Source of the DNA: Fimicolochytrium jonesii
Lineage: Eukaryota
Assembly (NCBI RefSeq): GCF_025526975.1
Contig: NW_026515686.1
Location: 434,001-498,000, forward strand
Length of the DNA stretch: 64,000 nucleotides
Direction of reading: 5' to 3'
Positions 48,603-61,790 of this stretch are shown in pieces. The notes beneath the pieces are model-generated. The model searched no databases. It worked only from the letters and a program-made list of their open reading frames with translations, and was not told the DNA's origin. The stretch's first letter is position 1, and each line of letters begins with the position of its first letter. Both the position numbers and the translations under genes were made by a program.

Positions 48603-51600
48603 CTACGTCCTGCGCACGAACTCCTTCCTCCTCAACAACTGTGCCTCAATCCATTGCTTCGTCTCCTCAACCTCCTGCGCCGTCAACGTCCCATCATTCT
48701 TCTCCACCTTGACTCTAATCAACCGTATGATCAGCTCGCGGTCCCTGCCCTTCAACAGCTGATGCTCATACTCCTTCTTCAGGCGCGCCACGTCGGCGTG
48801 GTATACATGCTCGCCGACCAGGGCCTTTGCGTGCTTGAACCGGCGCGTTTCGAGCTGTTCCATGGGGACGCCGTCGCCGCCTGCATGGAAGAATTCGAGG
48901 AGGGTGTTGAGGAGGGCCAACGAGGCTGATGTTTGGCGAAGGTTGAGGATCCGGCGGTCGCGCTCGACGGGGCCGTAGAGGGGTGGGATGAGGGTGTTTT
49001 CGACGACGGCGACGATCTCGTCCCAGCAGCGGCGGATTACTTCCTGTGACATGCGTTCGGAGAGGTATACGTCCAGCGTGGCGAGATTCTTGTTAAGGTA
49101 CTCGATGAGCGGCTCGAGGGCGTCGTCAATATCCCGCACCGTGACGGGCTCGTCAATGGGAACGCCCGCGGCGGTGAGGTTGGAGTATTGCGTGGCGGTG
49201 GTGAGGGATGAGAAAAAGGATTTGGATGGGAGTGGTACGGCTTCTTGGGCTTTGATAACGCGGATGATCTCTTCTTTGGCGTATGGGATGATACGGGCAG
49301 TGAGGGAGCGAACGAAATCGTCACGCATGCGTCCAAGTCGCTCTTTACTCCTCCTGAACCAGAATTCGACATCCTCCGCGGCGCCTTCCATCGTGAGACG
49401 CACCAAGACCCGTCCCTGCGGTTCCAGATCGACGTACACATCGTGCGCTTGATGGTCAGCCAGTTTCCGCCGCAACCGCGTTCCCTTTGCCAGATTGACC
49501 ACGGCGTTTCCGGCAAAATCATCAGCCGTGAGGATGTTCTTGGACAACACAGCCACCTCCAGCTTCGTAACCGGCGGCAGCATAACTTCAAACGTCTCAT
49601 CCCATGTCGGCGCAAGTGTGTCCGGGATAGCGCGCGACCGCGCCAATTCACATGCGATACCATTCAATATCGTTGGTCCCACCGGGGGATTCGCCGACGA
49701 CGACCCGGTACTAACGCGGCTGATGGGACTCGACGCTCCACTCCTCGTCAGCGACAAGGGTGTGGTTCTCCCTCCCGTACTCGAAGCAGCAGCAGGTGTA
49801 GCACTCGTCTCAGGCGGCGGAACGACAGTCCCATCAGGTACACGCAGGATGATATACGGGTTGGCGAGCCCGTTCTTGTTGCACGGCTGGAGATTCTCAG
49901 CGTAGGAGAGATGAACCTTCAGAGCACCGCTGACGCATGTATCATCCTCTTCCGCACGTTTGGCTGACGAGGGTGATGATGCGGAAAGCGCTTCGGCTTC
50001 TGCAGCGACTTGTGCGCGATGGCGACGGAGGATGCGGTTCAGTTCTTGGACGTTCATGACGCGGAACATGTCGTGGAGTTTCGTCATGGCGTATTCGATG
50101 TTGCAGAGTTTTACGCAGGACTGAGAAATATCGGGGAGTAAGTATTGACTCAGCACCACAAGTCCGCGCGGAAAACTATCAGGTTGCCGACCGAGACGAT
50201 CACATACCACGTTAGCGATATCCTTTGGACCATTCTGCGCGGTCTTGCCAACCGTCGTAGCAAGTAAACCCTGCCACGACGAGCCGGTGGACGCATCAGC
50301 TTTGATTTCACCCATCGCTAAGGCATCGCAGTAGTTCTCGATGGCCTTGCTGACAGTCTACAAAGGGTCAAATCAAAGCCATTAGTCACTCGCGTCACGC
50401 ATGTAAATCTCCCTCTTGTCCATCATACAAAGAATCCAACATCCTCATCAAGCCAAAGTGGGTGACTTCAACCCCAAAAACCGCTCCACAACATACCTTA
50501 GCAAACCCCTGCATAAACCCCGCACTCTGCACCGGATCACTCCACTCCAACCCCTTAATAAACTCCAGTTCCTGATACACCGCAGAAAACAGATCGGTGA
50601 CCGACGAGCTGAACCCGCCGTCGTTGGGGTTGAGCGGCTCAAACTGGTCGGCTTTGACGGCGTTGTTGACCCATTCGACCGTTTTCGTGGAGAGGTGCTC
50701 GAGCCAGCGCGTGATGAAGGGCGCGAACCATCGTTCGACGTTGAAGCCGGTGTTCGCTGACATGCGTTTTAGGCTGGTGGGGGTGGAGCGAGAGTTAGAC
50801 GTTCATCCGTTTCCATCACCCACATCACATGTCCCAAAACACTAACACCCCAAAACATCACAAAATACATACCCCGGCGCAATCTTAGCATACCGCTCAT
50901 CCATAACCTTCACCTGCCGATACAACTCAAACACCATCTTGCTCCCCGACGTCACCGCCGCATCCGACGATATCGTCTCAGTCGTCGACTCGAGAGTCAG
51001 CACATAGTATTTGAGGTAGATCTCGGTTGTGTGGCGGACGATGTCTAGTTCCCTGTGAATCAACGAAAATGGAAATTTGTGTGAGTTTTAACAAAATCCG
51101 AAGTGGAGTATGCACGGAACACGAGACATGCCGCACGCACCTTTTGAATGCAGTAAAGAAGTACTTGGCATCCGCATCAATCTCCTCACTAATCAACTCC
51201 CCCAACTTCGTAACCCCCTCCACAACCCCCTCAACATCATTCTCATCCAACGGTTTACACAATTCACTCAATTGCTGATATCTTTCAATCGCTGCCTCCG
51301 TCAGTAACGGCTTGATGTAATCCTGGAAACTATTAGTTAATGGGGGATTTCGGGGCGATTCGCGGAATACGGGGTGTTTGACAATCATGCGCAGCATCAT
51401 GATGGTTGTTTCGAGGGCGTCTTTTGGGGTGTTTTTGGGGAAGAAGTCGCGGTACTTTTGGATTTGGGTGCGGTAGTAGGCTTCCATTTCGTTGAGGAGG
51501 GTTACGAGGGCTGGGCGCTGTTGTGTCATCAAGAGATATGTAAATTTAGCCTTTCTGTCCGGGAGACGCGCGATCCCAGAACACACGCATAAAAAGTGCA

Positions 51601-54600
51601 GCATCCACCAATGTATCCTCTCAACATACCTCCCGATGACTCAACCACTTCGGATCATCCTTCATACTCGTCTTCAATCCCTCGAGAGTCCCCACCAGGG
51701 CGCCCTGCGGCACCTCGGCGTTCTTATACCTCCTAAACAGCAGCTCCAAATACGCCATCGCCATAAACGCCTCGGTCAATCCCCACGCACGGCCCAGTAT
51801 ACCAAGCATCGACATACTTTCCGGGCTCAATAACTCGACAGTGAGCTCTGTGATGGAGTTGCCTAGCATGTTCATGTCGAGGACGAGACAGGCGCGGAGG
51901 AGGACTTTGTACATGGCGCGGAAGTCGACGGTTGTGTAGGTGATTTGGGAGAGGAGTTGGGCGAAGGGGTCTTGTTGGCGGGCGGGGCGGGAGGAGGAGG
52001 AGGAGGAGGAGCCGCCGCGTTGGGAGGGTGCGTTCGGGTCGTCTTTGATGGCGGCTTCGATGAGGATTTCGCCGCCGACGTACTTGTCCTTTTCCTTTTT
52101 GCCTAAGCCGTTGAGGGGGTACCATCGCGTTACGGGGCTCTTTCGTCTTGCGGCGTCGATGAGTTCGCCGAAGGATACTTTGATCCGGCCGAGAAATTGT
52201 TCTTTTGCGCGGTCGAAGACTGAGACCATGATCTTATCGGCGGGGTGGTCGCATTGGAGATTGACGTGCTGGTCCCACCGTGGGTTCAGAGAGCCTCTCA
52301 CGGTCTCAGTCTGCATGACCGGCCTGTCTTTACGGCCCTTATCCGCCCTTCGCGCCTCGTCCGTGCCGTCGTCAGGGATGCGTCCATGTTCGATGTCACA
52401 GTAGGCGTCGCGCGTGCGTCCTTCTTTCGCGACGAGCCCGCGGGCTTCGATGACTTTGAAGAAGAGCTGGACGTCGTAGCTGTTTTCGGGTTGTTTGCCT
52501 TTGCTGCGGGAGGGTTCGGGGGTATCTTCTATCCGGGGCCGTTTGTCGAGGAAGCGGGCTTTGAGCATGTCGCTGAGCACGTCGGAAAAGGTGCCGCCGA
52601 TGTTTTGCTCCCAGAGGCCGTATCCGTCGCTGCTGGTGAAGTCTTCGGGTTCGGGGTAGGAGTTGCGGTCGGAGGCGAGGGTGAGTCTGACACCTTCGAC
52701 GTAATCGGGTACGACCAGCTGCAAAAGAGAATAGTGCATTTAATGTCAGTTACAGCACCGAGGTGAACAACACCCAAGTGGCACGGCGAGTGAAAACTAT
52801 CACATCCCAGAATCCTCACCTTCTCATCAATCCGATGCACCCTCTGCTGCGCCACCACCCGTTCCAACTGCTTATCCGCAGCCGTAACCTCAGTCCTCGC
52901 CTTCTGAATCATCTGAGCCTCTCTCAGGTCCGCATCCTTCCGTTCCGCATCAACCCGTTCCTGCTCCCTTCGCTGCCTTTCAATCTCCCGCGCATCTGCC
53001 CGTTCCGCGGCCGCTGTACGAGGCGAGTCAGCCGGTTGCGGTGTGGCTGCCGTGCTGTCTTGCGTGGACGCAGCGGTGCGGGTTGTGGGGCTGGTGGTTG
53101 AGGCGGAGGTAGGTGCTGCGTCCTGTCCTCTGTTTCGCCATGATGCCTTTGTGGAACGAGTTCGTGAGGCGTCTTCGGAAGGTGTATCCCGTGCGCTGCG
53201 TTGTGTGGAGCGAGATGTTGCGCCAGATAATTGCTCTCTAAGCAACCTATCCTTTTCCCGCTCCTTCTCCCGTTCACGTTCGCGTTCCCGCTCTCTAAGC
53301 CTGTCCCGCTCCCTATCTCTCTGATACCGATCCCCATCCCGCGATGCAGACGATGACGTGGGACTCATCGCCGAAGAGGACTCGCCGATCAGTTGATCCA
53401 GACTCGCCAGTTTCTCATCGTACTCTCGTGAGCTGCGGGTGGTTGCGGAGCGAGCGGAATTCGGAGCTGCCAATCGGTCAGAGCTTCTGGTTGGGATGGG
53501 TGCAGACGGAGGTCCTTTCCGTCCGCCCTGCATATCGTCCAGTGCTTTGAGCATGTCGTCGAAGCTCGCGGCTGGTGCACCTGATGCTGATACGGGGGCA
53601 CTGCCTGGGTTGGACGATACTTCAGTGGGTCGTCGCGCAGGCCGCGCCGAGTCTGGAGTTGATCGGGCGCCTCCGCTCGTTGGCTCCCGCCTCTCATAGT
53701 TCCGATCCCGGTACTGAGGTCTCCCGTCACGGTCTCGATCTATTGCGTCCGAGCTTCCGTTCCTCGAAGACCCCATACTGCCTGGTTGAGACCGTCCTGC
53801 AAACGCGCTGTTGGCGGACTCTGTCCGCGGAAGAACACTAGTGCTCGCTGCTTTGGAGGCATACCCACTACTTCCCAATCCGTCCGTCCCGCTTGGTCGT
53901 CGGGAATGTGCCGGGCTATTGCGTGAAGAGCCGCCTAATCTGGGATCGCGTTCACGGTCGCGATCAGACCCGTAGGTTGTAGCAGCTCGCAGTGCGTTGT
54001 CACCCGATGGCCGTCTCCGCGGGTCATCATATGCACTCCGTTCTCTCCCTCCGGCCCCTCCTCCCCTGTCTCCGTTAACGACATCCTCGGATGGTCTCCG
54101 CGATCGCGGCGGACTAGATCTGTAAGACTTTCCGTTTCCATCGACTGCGTTTCCGCTTCCGGAGTATGGTGCTGGCATCGGTGCTGATCTAAGATTGGGA
54201 GGAAAGATGTGTGTCAGGTCAACTTTCTCCAAATGAATGTGAGGGTTGTACCGTCCGCGGCCGTAGTAGAGCGTTCGGACGTGGAATACTCCTGTCCTCA
54301 TCCTCCACGTATCATATCGTCATCGTCACACGACAAGCATGTGGGCGTCCGCCATCGATCACACTATCCCACTCCGCCTTCCAGCACAAGTACCCAAAAC
54401 CATTCCGCTCCTCCCTGCAACTCGAACAACCTAAGCCGAACCCACTCCGAGCCCACTCTACTCACCCATTGGGCTCCATCCTTCCACCATTCTCCCTCGG
54501 CCGACTCTTACTCCTCACACTACTACTCCCCGACGGCCGTCTCTCCCCCTCCGGCCTCCTCTCTCCTGCTCTCGGGTCCTCATACTCGCGGCGCTCGGAG

Positions 54601-54743
54601 CGAAACGCTGGGATCTGCGAGTGTGCTGGTGGTGCTTGTGCTGCAGGTTGTTGGGAAGGTGGTGGTTCGAAGAAGCCGGCGGCGTTGCGTTGGGCGAGCC
54701 GAGGAGGCTGCGACTTTGCGGTTGGCCGAGAGCGGTCGTCCAT
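48603..54743 (-). CDS. Munc13/Unc13-family protein (disordered N-terminus, C2, MUN with MHD1/MHD2, second C2), multi-exon
   Basis: C2: FFKVIEARGLVAK..TETVRGSLNPRWDQ..VSVFDR..FLG; MHD1: WFAPFITRWL..EWVNNAVKADQFEP..SSSVTDLF; C2: LKVHLSYAENL..NPYIIL..DTLAPTWDETF; MHD2: LEPLIEYLNKNL..LLEFFHAGGDGVP. Confidence 0.88.
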
Positions 54744-56931
54744 GGGGTGTGGAGCGACCTGCGGTCGGTCAGTTGCAGTATTAGTTGGGTTCGTTGACCT
54801 CTGAGGTTCAAGTGTCTGGTGCTGGATTGCGGCTTAGTTGACAGTCGGCGGGTGTTGGTGCACCAGTGGAGCCGACAACGTTGCCGTGTGGTATATCTAT
54901 GTTATGTTGGCTTCCCGTTCAGCACGCTCGTCTGTATGCTTGTATGCTGGTATGTAGTTACTCAGTAGTAGTAGGAATAGGGCATGCTTGCACTGCACAG
55001 ACATCTCCGTAGAAGAGGACCTGTTTGAGCGAGCGACCGCATTATCCTCGGCTCAATGTGACTTGACGGACAGCCGTGGCCTCACGTGGCTGCCCCAGTT
55101 GGAATTGATTTGCGTACATTGCTCCTTCAAAGGTCCTCCTCAACATGCCCCTCCCCCGACCACCGAGCGCACTGCCAGCTTTTCCTTCTATCCGGACAGC
55201 TGTGCCCGTCTGCAACACAACCAATAAGCCTGCGTCGTGATGCCACTATATAGTCTCACAACCATTGCCTCAAAATGTTGCCGCTATGGGTGGAGAGCAG
55301 TCAAAGCCGGGAGAAGAATGGAATGAACGGTTCATCGGTCCCGCCTTTCTCAGCACCAGACAGAATGCTTTGTGTCTAGTGATGCAGATGCCCCCCATCG
55401 AAGCTCCTCCATGATCTTTCCCATGTCAAACCCCGCGACGACCAAATGCAGGTTGGAAGTTGGACAGCACTATTGATACACGGACACCACCCTCTCATCA
55501 CTCTTTCTTCCAAGCAGGAAGGAGTTATGACAGTGAGGCTGCGCATATGCACGTCACGCCGAGGAGCTGAGCCCGGCATCCAGAGAGATACCTTCAGGCA
55601 TCCATGTCCATCAGCCCTGCCAATCGTGAATCAACGGACACACAGCTTTCTGTCCTAGTGCGTTGCATGGGGTTATGCTGTGAGTTGTGGCATGTCCTGC
55701 GTAGCGATCGCCCATACCCTCCCGTCGTCAGCCACGCATGCCACTTCGGATGGAGTGATTGGAAGTGGGCAGCGCGTTCAGCCAGCCGGCGAAAAACTCG
55801 CCAGCATGCAAGCGGCGGCGGACCCCCGGTGGCTTTTTGTCTCTTTCCCGCATCAATTCGACAGGACCTTCCCTCGGGAGCGGGATGCAACAACCACACA
55901 AAGGTCTCGCAGCTTCCAGAACAAACCTCGAATCAACGCCCGTCGCCAACCAAAATCCTCTGCCAAGACCTCGCCGCAACCGCATGTCAGAGGCTTCCTC
56001 CGGCAGTCGTTTTTGCAGCTCTGACAGGTTGTGGCCATAAGGCGCGTCGTTCAAACAGGCGGCTGTGCCGGTGTCTTCGTTGCTCGTCATTGGGGGATTG
56101 AGCAATTGTGATTTTTGATTAGCGCTAATCCTGATTTTTGATTAAGGAGGTTATAGAATCGAAGTTGATCGTCGGGATCCCGAAACGCAAGCCAAAACCC
56201 CAGAAACAAGAAACCCCTCATGCCGCGATCCAATCAAAACCTCCTTCCCTTCCATATCGAAATTCAAGCATGTCACCGTCGTCACTCTGTCTGCGTAAAG
56301 AGGACTGAAACCAACCAACCCTCCTTCCATGTCAAAAACCATGCCCTGATCTCTCGTTTGATGTTTTGTCGGGTTCCCGCGGTAATCCACTTCCCCAACC
56401 AAAAACAAGAGGCTGGCCGCATTCTTTCTCTCCACCCATCATCAGAAATCTTCCAGATCTCCGAGTTGGCACCGTAATGATGCGCGGCCTCATCAAGAAA
56501 TTTGACAAATCCCCCGTGCCGCCGGCCGAAGGAAGAAAAAGCGCAGGTCGCCACACCCCGTCAAAATTGAAACAACGCATGGGCGCCAAGCACCGGGCGA
56601 ATGACAGGCGTAGGCGTAGGTGGATATAAGTGCCCTGGAAGTGCTGAGCCCGTGTGGGACGTGGCGAACCTGGGATGTGCTCTTGCGCAGGCAGATCCCC
56701 CCCCCATACGTACGATCCACGCTGCACAGCACACGCTCGATATTAGATATCTTTGGGTTTTCTGGCTGAGCGCAGAAGGGTTGGAGGTGGTATATCTACG
56801 CGGAGTGGATTTTCACAGCACTCTCTGTTCGAACCTTTTCATCACAACCTTCGACCTATACATACGCGCTTTACAACCCATACCACAGCACAACCGTAGG
56901 ATACCTGCCAATACCCACCCACATCACCACA

Positions 56932-57816
56932 ATGGACACCCAAACATCACCATCCTCCACCCAACAGCACCCGTCCCCACCCCAAATCCCGCAATGCAAC
57001 ACAACAACTCAAATCGCCTCCCTCTCTCGCCTCGCCGTGCACGTCCTCCTCCACCTCTTCCCAAACTACGCCCCACACACGAACACCACGCGCCTCGTCG
57101 CATCCATCCAAGCCATCCTCTCCCGCACCCTCATCAAACCCACCACCGTCTTCCTCGCATTAAAGTACCTCGCGGGTGTATCGCACGCTCAGCCAGAGTT
57201 CGGCCTTAGGGAAGTGAGGGTACCGAGGAGCGCGAGTGCGTCGCCGGTCTCGCCGACATTGCCGCAATTACCGATGCCGCGGACACATCAGCAGCGGATA
57301 ACACTCACGCCCCTCCTCATACTCACCGCGGCGATCGCGACAGCCGACTCCTTCCTGAACGACATCCCGCACTCCATGGCGCATTACGCGTACTACAGCG
57401 GGCTGAGCGCGACGAGATTGGCGATGATGAAGAAATCGATCTGCGAGGCGTTGCGGTGGCAGTTGTGTATCGCGGGGGACGTGTTTGAGAAATGGGTGGT
57501 GTGGTTGAAGGGGTTTGCGGTGTGGAGGATGCGGAGGGCTGTGTCGGCGTCGGCGTCGGCCGGATCGGGCGCACTGCCCTCCTCGTCACCGAAAACACAC
57601 CGCCGCCAACTACTTGAACTCAAGATCCGACGAAGCATGTACGCGAAGATCCTCGCAACCTCACCCGCCCCCGCATCAACACCCTTCCCTCCCACAACAA
57701 CAACAACATCATCAGCATTCCTGGCCCTTCCTCCGCCTCCGGGTAACGCGAACCCAACACATGCAATCACGTCATTCACACCGGGCCTCCGAGCTCCGTG
57801 TGTCGTAGAGGCTTGA
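56932..57816 (+). CDS. Pho85/PCL-type cyclin-domain protein
   Basis: ILSRTLIKPTTVFLALKYL..LLILTAAIATADSFLNDIPHSMAHYAYYSGLSATRLAMMKKSICEALRWQLCI. Confidence 0.8.
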   Translation: MDTQTSPSSTQQHPSPPQIPQCNTTTQIASLSRLAVHVLLHLFPNYAPHTNTTRLVASIQAILSRTLIKPTTVFLALKYLAGVSHAQPEFGLREVRVPRSASASPVSPTLPQLPMPRTHQQRITLTPLLILTAAIATADSFLNDIPHSMAHYAYYSGLSATRLAMMKKSICEALRWQLCIAGDVFEKWVVWLKGFAVWRMRRAVSASASAGSGALPSSSPKTHRRQLLELKIRRSMYAKILATSPAPASTPFPPTTTTTSSAFLALPPPPGNANPTHAITSFTPGLRAPCVVEA

Positions 57817-58703
57817 GAAAGCGGATTCCGAAGTGGGCTCGGAGTTGTGCTTCCGAGCCGGCAGTCCGTCATCGGGAGGCTTCGCGTGCCGCTTCTGCTT
57901 TTGTATATATAACACACTCCCCATACACCTCCGACCTCCGATCTGCGAGAAGATGTGTTTTTTTTTGTATCTATATGCTTGTGTATATACCATGGATTTT
58001 GCGATTTTGAATTAGATGAGTGCGGTTAAGGACAACTGGTCCGTAATTTCATTTTGGCGTCGACTGTAGTAGGTCAAGCCGGCAGGTTGATTGGGCTGGC
58101 GTCTGTGGACCTCAACAACTGCCCAACGTGCCAAGGCAGAATGTATGCGAAGTGGGAGGCCTATCAACGCCTGGAGGCCCGGGGCCGACGACGACCTCGT
58201 ATCCGCATCCCGAATGCCCCAGATGCACAATCCGTGTTCCACGAGAAGGTTTTGAGGGAACATTTCTCAACCAACCCTCAATTAGCACTCAACCTTCAAA
58301 AGAATCCCCGGTGCAACCACCGTCCCTCCATGCGATTAGCGCCTGAACTCCAGGTGTCGCCGTGAAGGTTTTACCAGCAAGCTTAACCTTGAGCAATCTA
58401 TCCACCATTCCCTGAACCTAAACAACTCCCGACGCGGAATGTTCCATTCCTCACAACTGTCGCTCTCAATGGATGGGAGGAGTGAATGCATCCCCGAACG
58501 TCTCTGCACCCTGGTGAAACACATATATCATATGTATCCATCCGTTTTGCCGAGTCCTTTTCTCGGTGGGCGCTTGGGTGAAGCTGGTTTTCCAAGTTTC
58601 TCAAGCTTCTCGAGATCAATGCTTTCCTAAAAGCCGCCATCTGTACCCAGCCGAACTGCAGTCGCAAAGATATGACTTTAAACAAGACACCGCCTTTCAA
58701 CCA

Positions 58704-58789
58704 GCTTTCGTGGCGCAATTGGTTAGCGCGTTCGACTGTTACACAAGATAGCAATCGAGAGGTTGGCAGTTCAAGCCTGCCCGAGAGCG
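58704..58789 (+). tRNA. tRNA-Asn (GTT) with a 12-nt intron at 58742-58753
   Basis: GCTTTCG/CGAGAGC acceptor stem, GCGC D-stem, TTCGA-CTGTTA^A-TCGAG anticodon arm, GGCAG-TTCAAGC-CTGCC T-arm; oligo-T terminator at ~58796. Confidence 0.95.
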
Positions 58790-59749
58790 TTTGCCTTTTT
58801 TTGACTTTTTTGAGTCCCTACAATAACGTCCATAAAGCTAGGCCCCCCCTCCCTGAAATCAGCGACTGCGGCTACGCCAAATTGACGTAAGGGACCGACA
58901 TTGATTTCCCAAATACGGGGACCGCTTTATTGATGGACCCTTTATGACTGGACTACTTTCTTATCGAGACGCGACGCGTTTTCATTGCCACTTTGAGCCC
59001 GGGCCCTCTTTTTTTCCACGGGTCTTGCACATGCCATTCCTGCCTCGGTTATTGCTTTGGGAGAGGAAGACCCCCGTATCCTCTCGTATCCCCCCTCGGC
59101 ACCCCGTATCCTCCCTCGGAAACACTGCAAACAGGAAGGAGGGGAAGCAGGGAATATGGGGCGCGCAGCACAGTCACGGCCAGCATATATAAAGAGCAGC
59201 TCAGCAGGCCCCCCCCGCCGCTTCCTGATTTCTACTCATCACGGCGATCGCTGCAGTTGATAAATGACGGGGTAGTTAGATATTTGGCGTGCGCTCATGG
59301 AGCCACTGCCGGTCAGTAAGGGTCTTTCCTCTCTGTGGTGGGAATTCTGGGCTCGCTGGTTGTAGAGAGGTGGTGGGAAAGTCATGGGAATTCTGTGAGG
59401 TGGCCATGGGAGTCGGCTCTATCCGCCAGTGTATAGGTCTACTTTGGTATGTTGACGTACTCTTCCGCTTCCGTCTCTGACCATAATGCCTTTCTCCGAA
59501 CACTGCCCCTAATCGAAAGCAACTTTCTCACTATACGTACAGGCCTTTCACATATCAAGCCGCCCGTGAAGCTCTCCGAGATGCACACAGAAGTGGTGCT
59601 CTCCGAGATGTATCCCAGCGATTCGATGGGGAGAACCGCACTCGTCGCGACCCCTACTCATCGTCGGCCGACGGACCCTCCTCCTCCTCCTCTTCGCTTC
59701 GGGGGAGCCGCTCTTCAACTACAAGCTCTTCAACTACATGAGGGGAAAT

Positions 59750-61790
59750 CGTCTATAGATTCGAGGTGTCCTTCAGCCCCCCCCCCCACCCAACCTTTGT
59801 CGCAACACCATCCACCATCTCCCACACCCACCCACACACCCCACCGTCCCCACAATGGTGAAGCGAAACTATACCAAGCCTGCTCGCGCCGCTGGAGCAT
59901 TGTACTCAGCGGCCGACGACACCCCCGCCACCCAGCGGCTGAAGCGAGAGATCCGCTATGCGGTAGGTGAACTCATAGAATGAGATTCGTTCTAATCTAA
60001 TAAGATAATCATCATGATCTACGTTCTAGGTCCTCGCCCAGGCCTCAGAGGAGAGGCACAACCGGGCCCTCCGCGAGCAAATCGCGGCGATGCGGGAGGA
60101 GCTGCGCGTGCTCAGAGCCGCCGCCAGACCCTCCGCCTCCTCCCACACCCACCACACACCCCACCGTCCCCACAACCACCATGCCGAAGCGCAAGAACAC
60201 GCAAAAACTGCACAAGGACGCCGGCTCAACGTATTCGGCCGCCGAGGACTCGCCCGAAGTCCAAAAACTAAAACGAGAGCACCGCTATGCGGTGATGGCC
60301 CACCTCGCGAGCGAGAGGGAGGTCATTGCTCTCTGCTCGCAGGTGGGGGCCTTGCGGGAACGAGTCCGCGCATTGGAAGCCGCCGCCGCCGCTCGTCTCT
60401 CGGCCTCCTCCTCCTCCGCCTCCTCCGCCCCCGTCTTTCAATCCCGCGCAGCAGAAGACCAACATGACAACCACCGCTCAGCGAATGGCAAAGCGCGAGC
60501 GCATGTACAAAAAGATGCGCAGAACCAGCTTCGGCCGGCACGCGGTCACGCTTCTCCAACGGGACCTGGAAAAGCAACGCCGAAGATCGCAGGAAGCTTC
60601 GGAGCGCCACAAGGCACGCGTCAGGGCAGCCAGCGCAACCACCACCACCACCACCACCACCACCACCGATACCACTCCCCCCCCCCCCCCCCCCCCACAC
60701 CACCACCCCCCCCCCACCCCCCCCCCACACCACCACCCCGGGCAGCAGCAGTTCGCCGGGCCCACCGCAACAGCCGCGGCCGTTTTGGAAGAACGGGCGG
60801 GGTGTTGGCGTTCGGGTAAGTTGAATCACTGTTCACATCCTCTTCGAATCACAAGGATTTCTACTAACTGCATCTGTTTCCTCTCATTTCCCATAATCAG
60901 GGGGTGGGGTTGCCTGTGTTATGCGGTGATGGCCCACCTCGCGAGGGAGAGAACGAAGCCCTGCGAGCCCAAATCGCGGCCCTGACGGCGTCTATGAATT
61001 CGAGGTGTCCTGCCGCCCCCCACCACCCAAGACCACCTGGAGCACCGGCTCCAACTACTCGGATGCCGGGCTGTCGAAAGACGCCCAGGTCGCCAATCGC
61101 AACGACCGGGCCGCGAAGAGGGACCTGTCCAAGCGGCAGCTCCAGCGTGAGAGGGCCAGGAAGGCCGCCGAGCGGTCCACCAAAAGGGTGGCATGGGCGC
61201 CCGTGACCGCAGTCTTTGCTCCCCCTCCTCCGTCCACCCCACACCCCACCACCGCCATCCCCCAACTCCCCCTCACCACCGACACAACCCCCCCGCAACA
61301 GCAGCGGTGGCAAATACAGTACGCCGCCGCCGCCGCACCAGCCGCGGCGGTGCTGGATGCCCGGGTGGCATTTTTCGCGGGTGTTGGCTTGCCGGTAAGT
61401 TCAGATCAACCGTTCAGATCCTCTTCGAATCACATGGATTTTTTCTAACTGCATCTGTTTCCTCTCATCTCCCATAATCAGGTTCCGGGCCCTAACCAGC
61501 TGCCTGTTGAGGGGCCAATGACCGCCGCCGAGGCAATGACCGGTGTGCCTGCGGGCCCGTGTCCCGGTGGAGAAGGCCCGAAGGCCGCCAAAAGGGACCT
61601 CGAGCGCAGGAACCGCGAGCTGGAAGAGGAGCTAGCTACCGTCACGAGGGAACTCCGCGCCCTCCAAGCCGCGGCCGGTCGTCAAGAGGGACGGCCGGGT
61701 CGTCAAGAGGGACCTGAGCAAGCGCCACGTCTTGCGCGCTTATCAACCCCGTCACGCCCTCCATCTCCTCGGATGATGAAGCGAAAGTTG
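59750..61790 (+). repeat. Degenerate tandem array of basic/coiled-coil (bZIP-like) mini-ORFs with duplicated leaders and introns
   Basis: Leader ACACACCCCACCGTCCCCACAA at ~59835 and ~60153; near-identical introns at 60816-60900 and 61395-61481; paralogous peptides YSAADDTPATQRLKREIRYA and YSAAEDSPEVQKLKREHRYA. Confidence 0.7.

Noticed and set aside
55376..56730. Several 60-165 aa ORFs and a short TGATTTTTGATTA repeat
   Set aside because: Intergenic region between divergent genes; no coding signature
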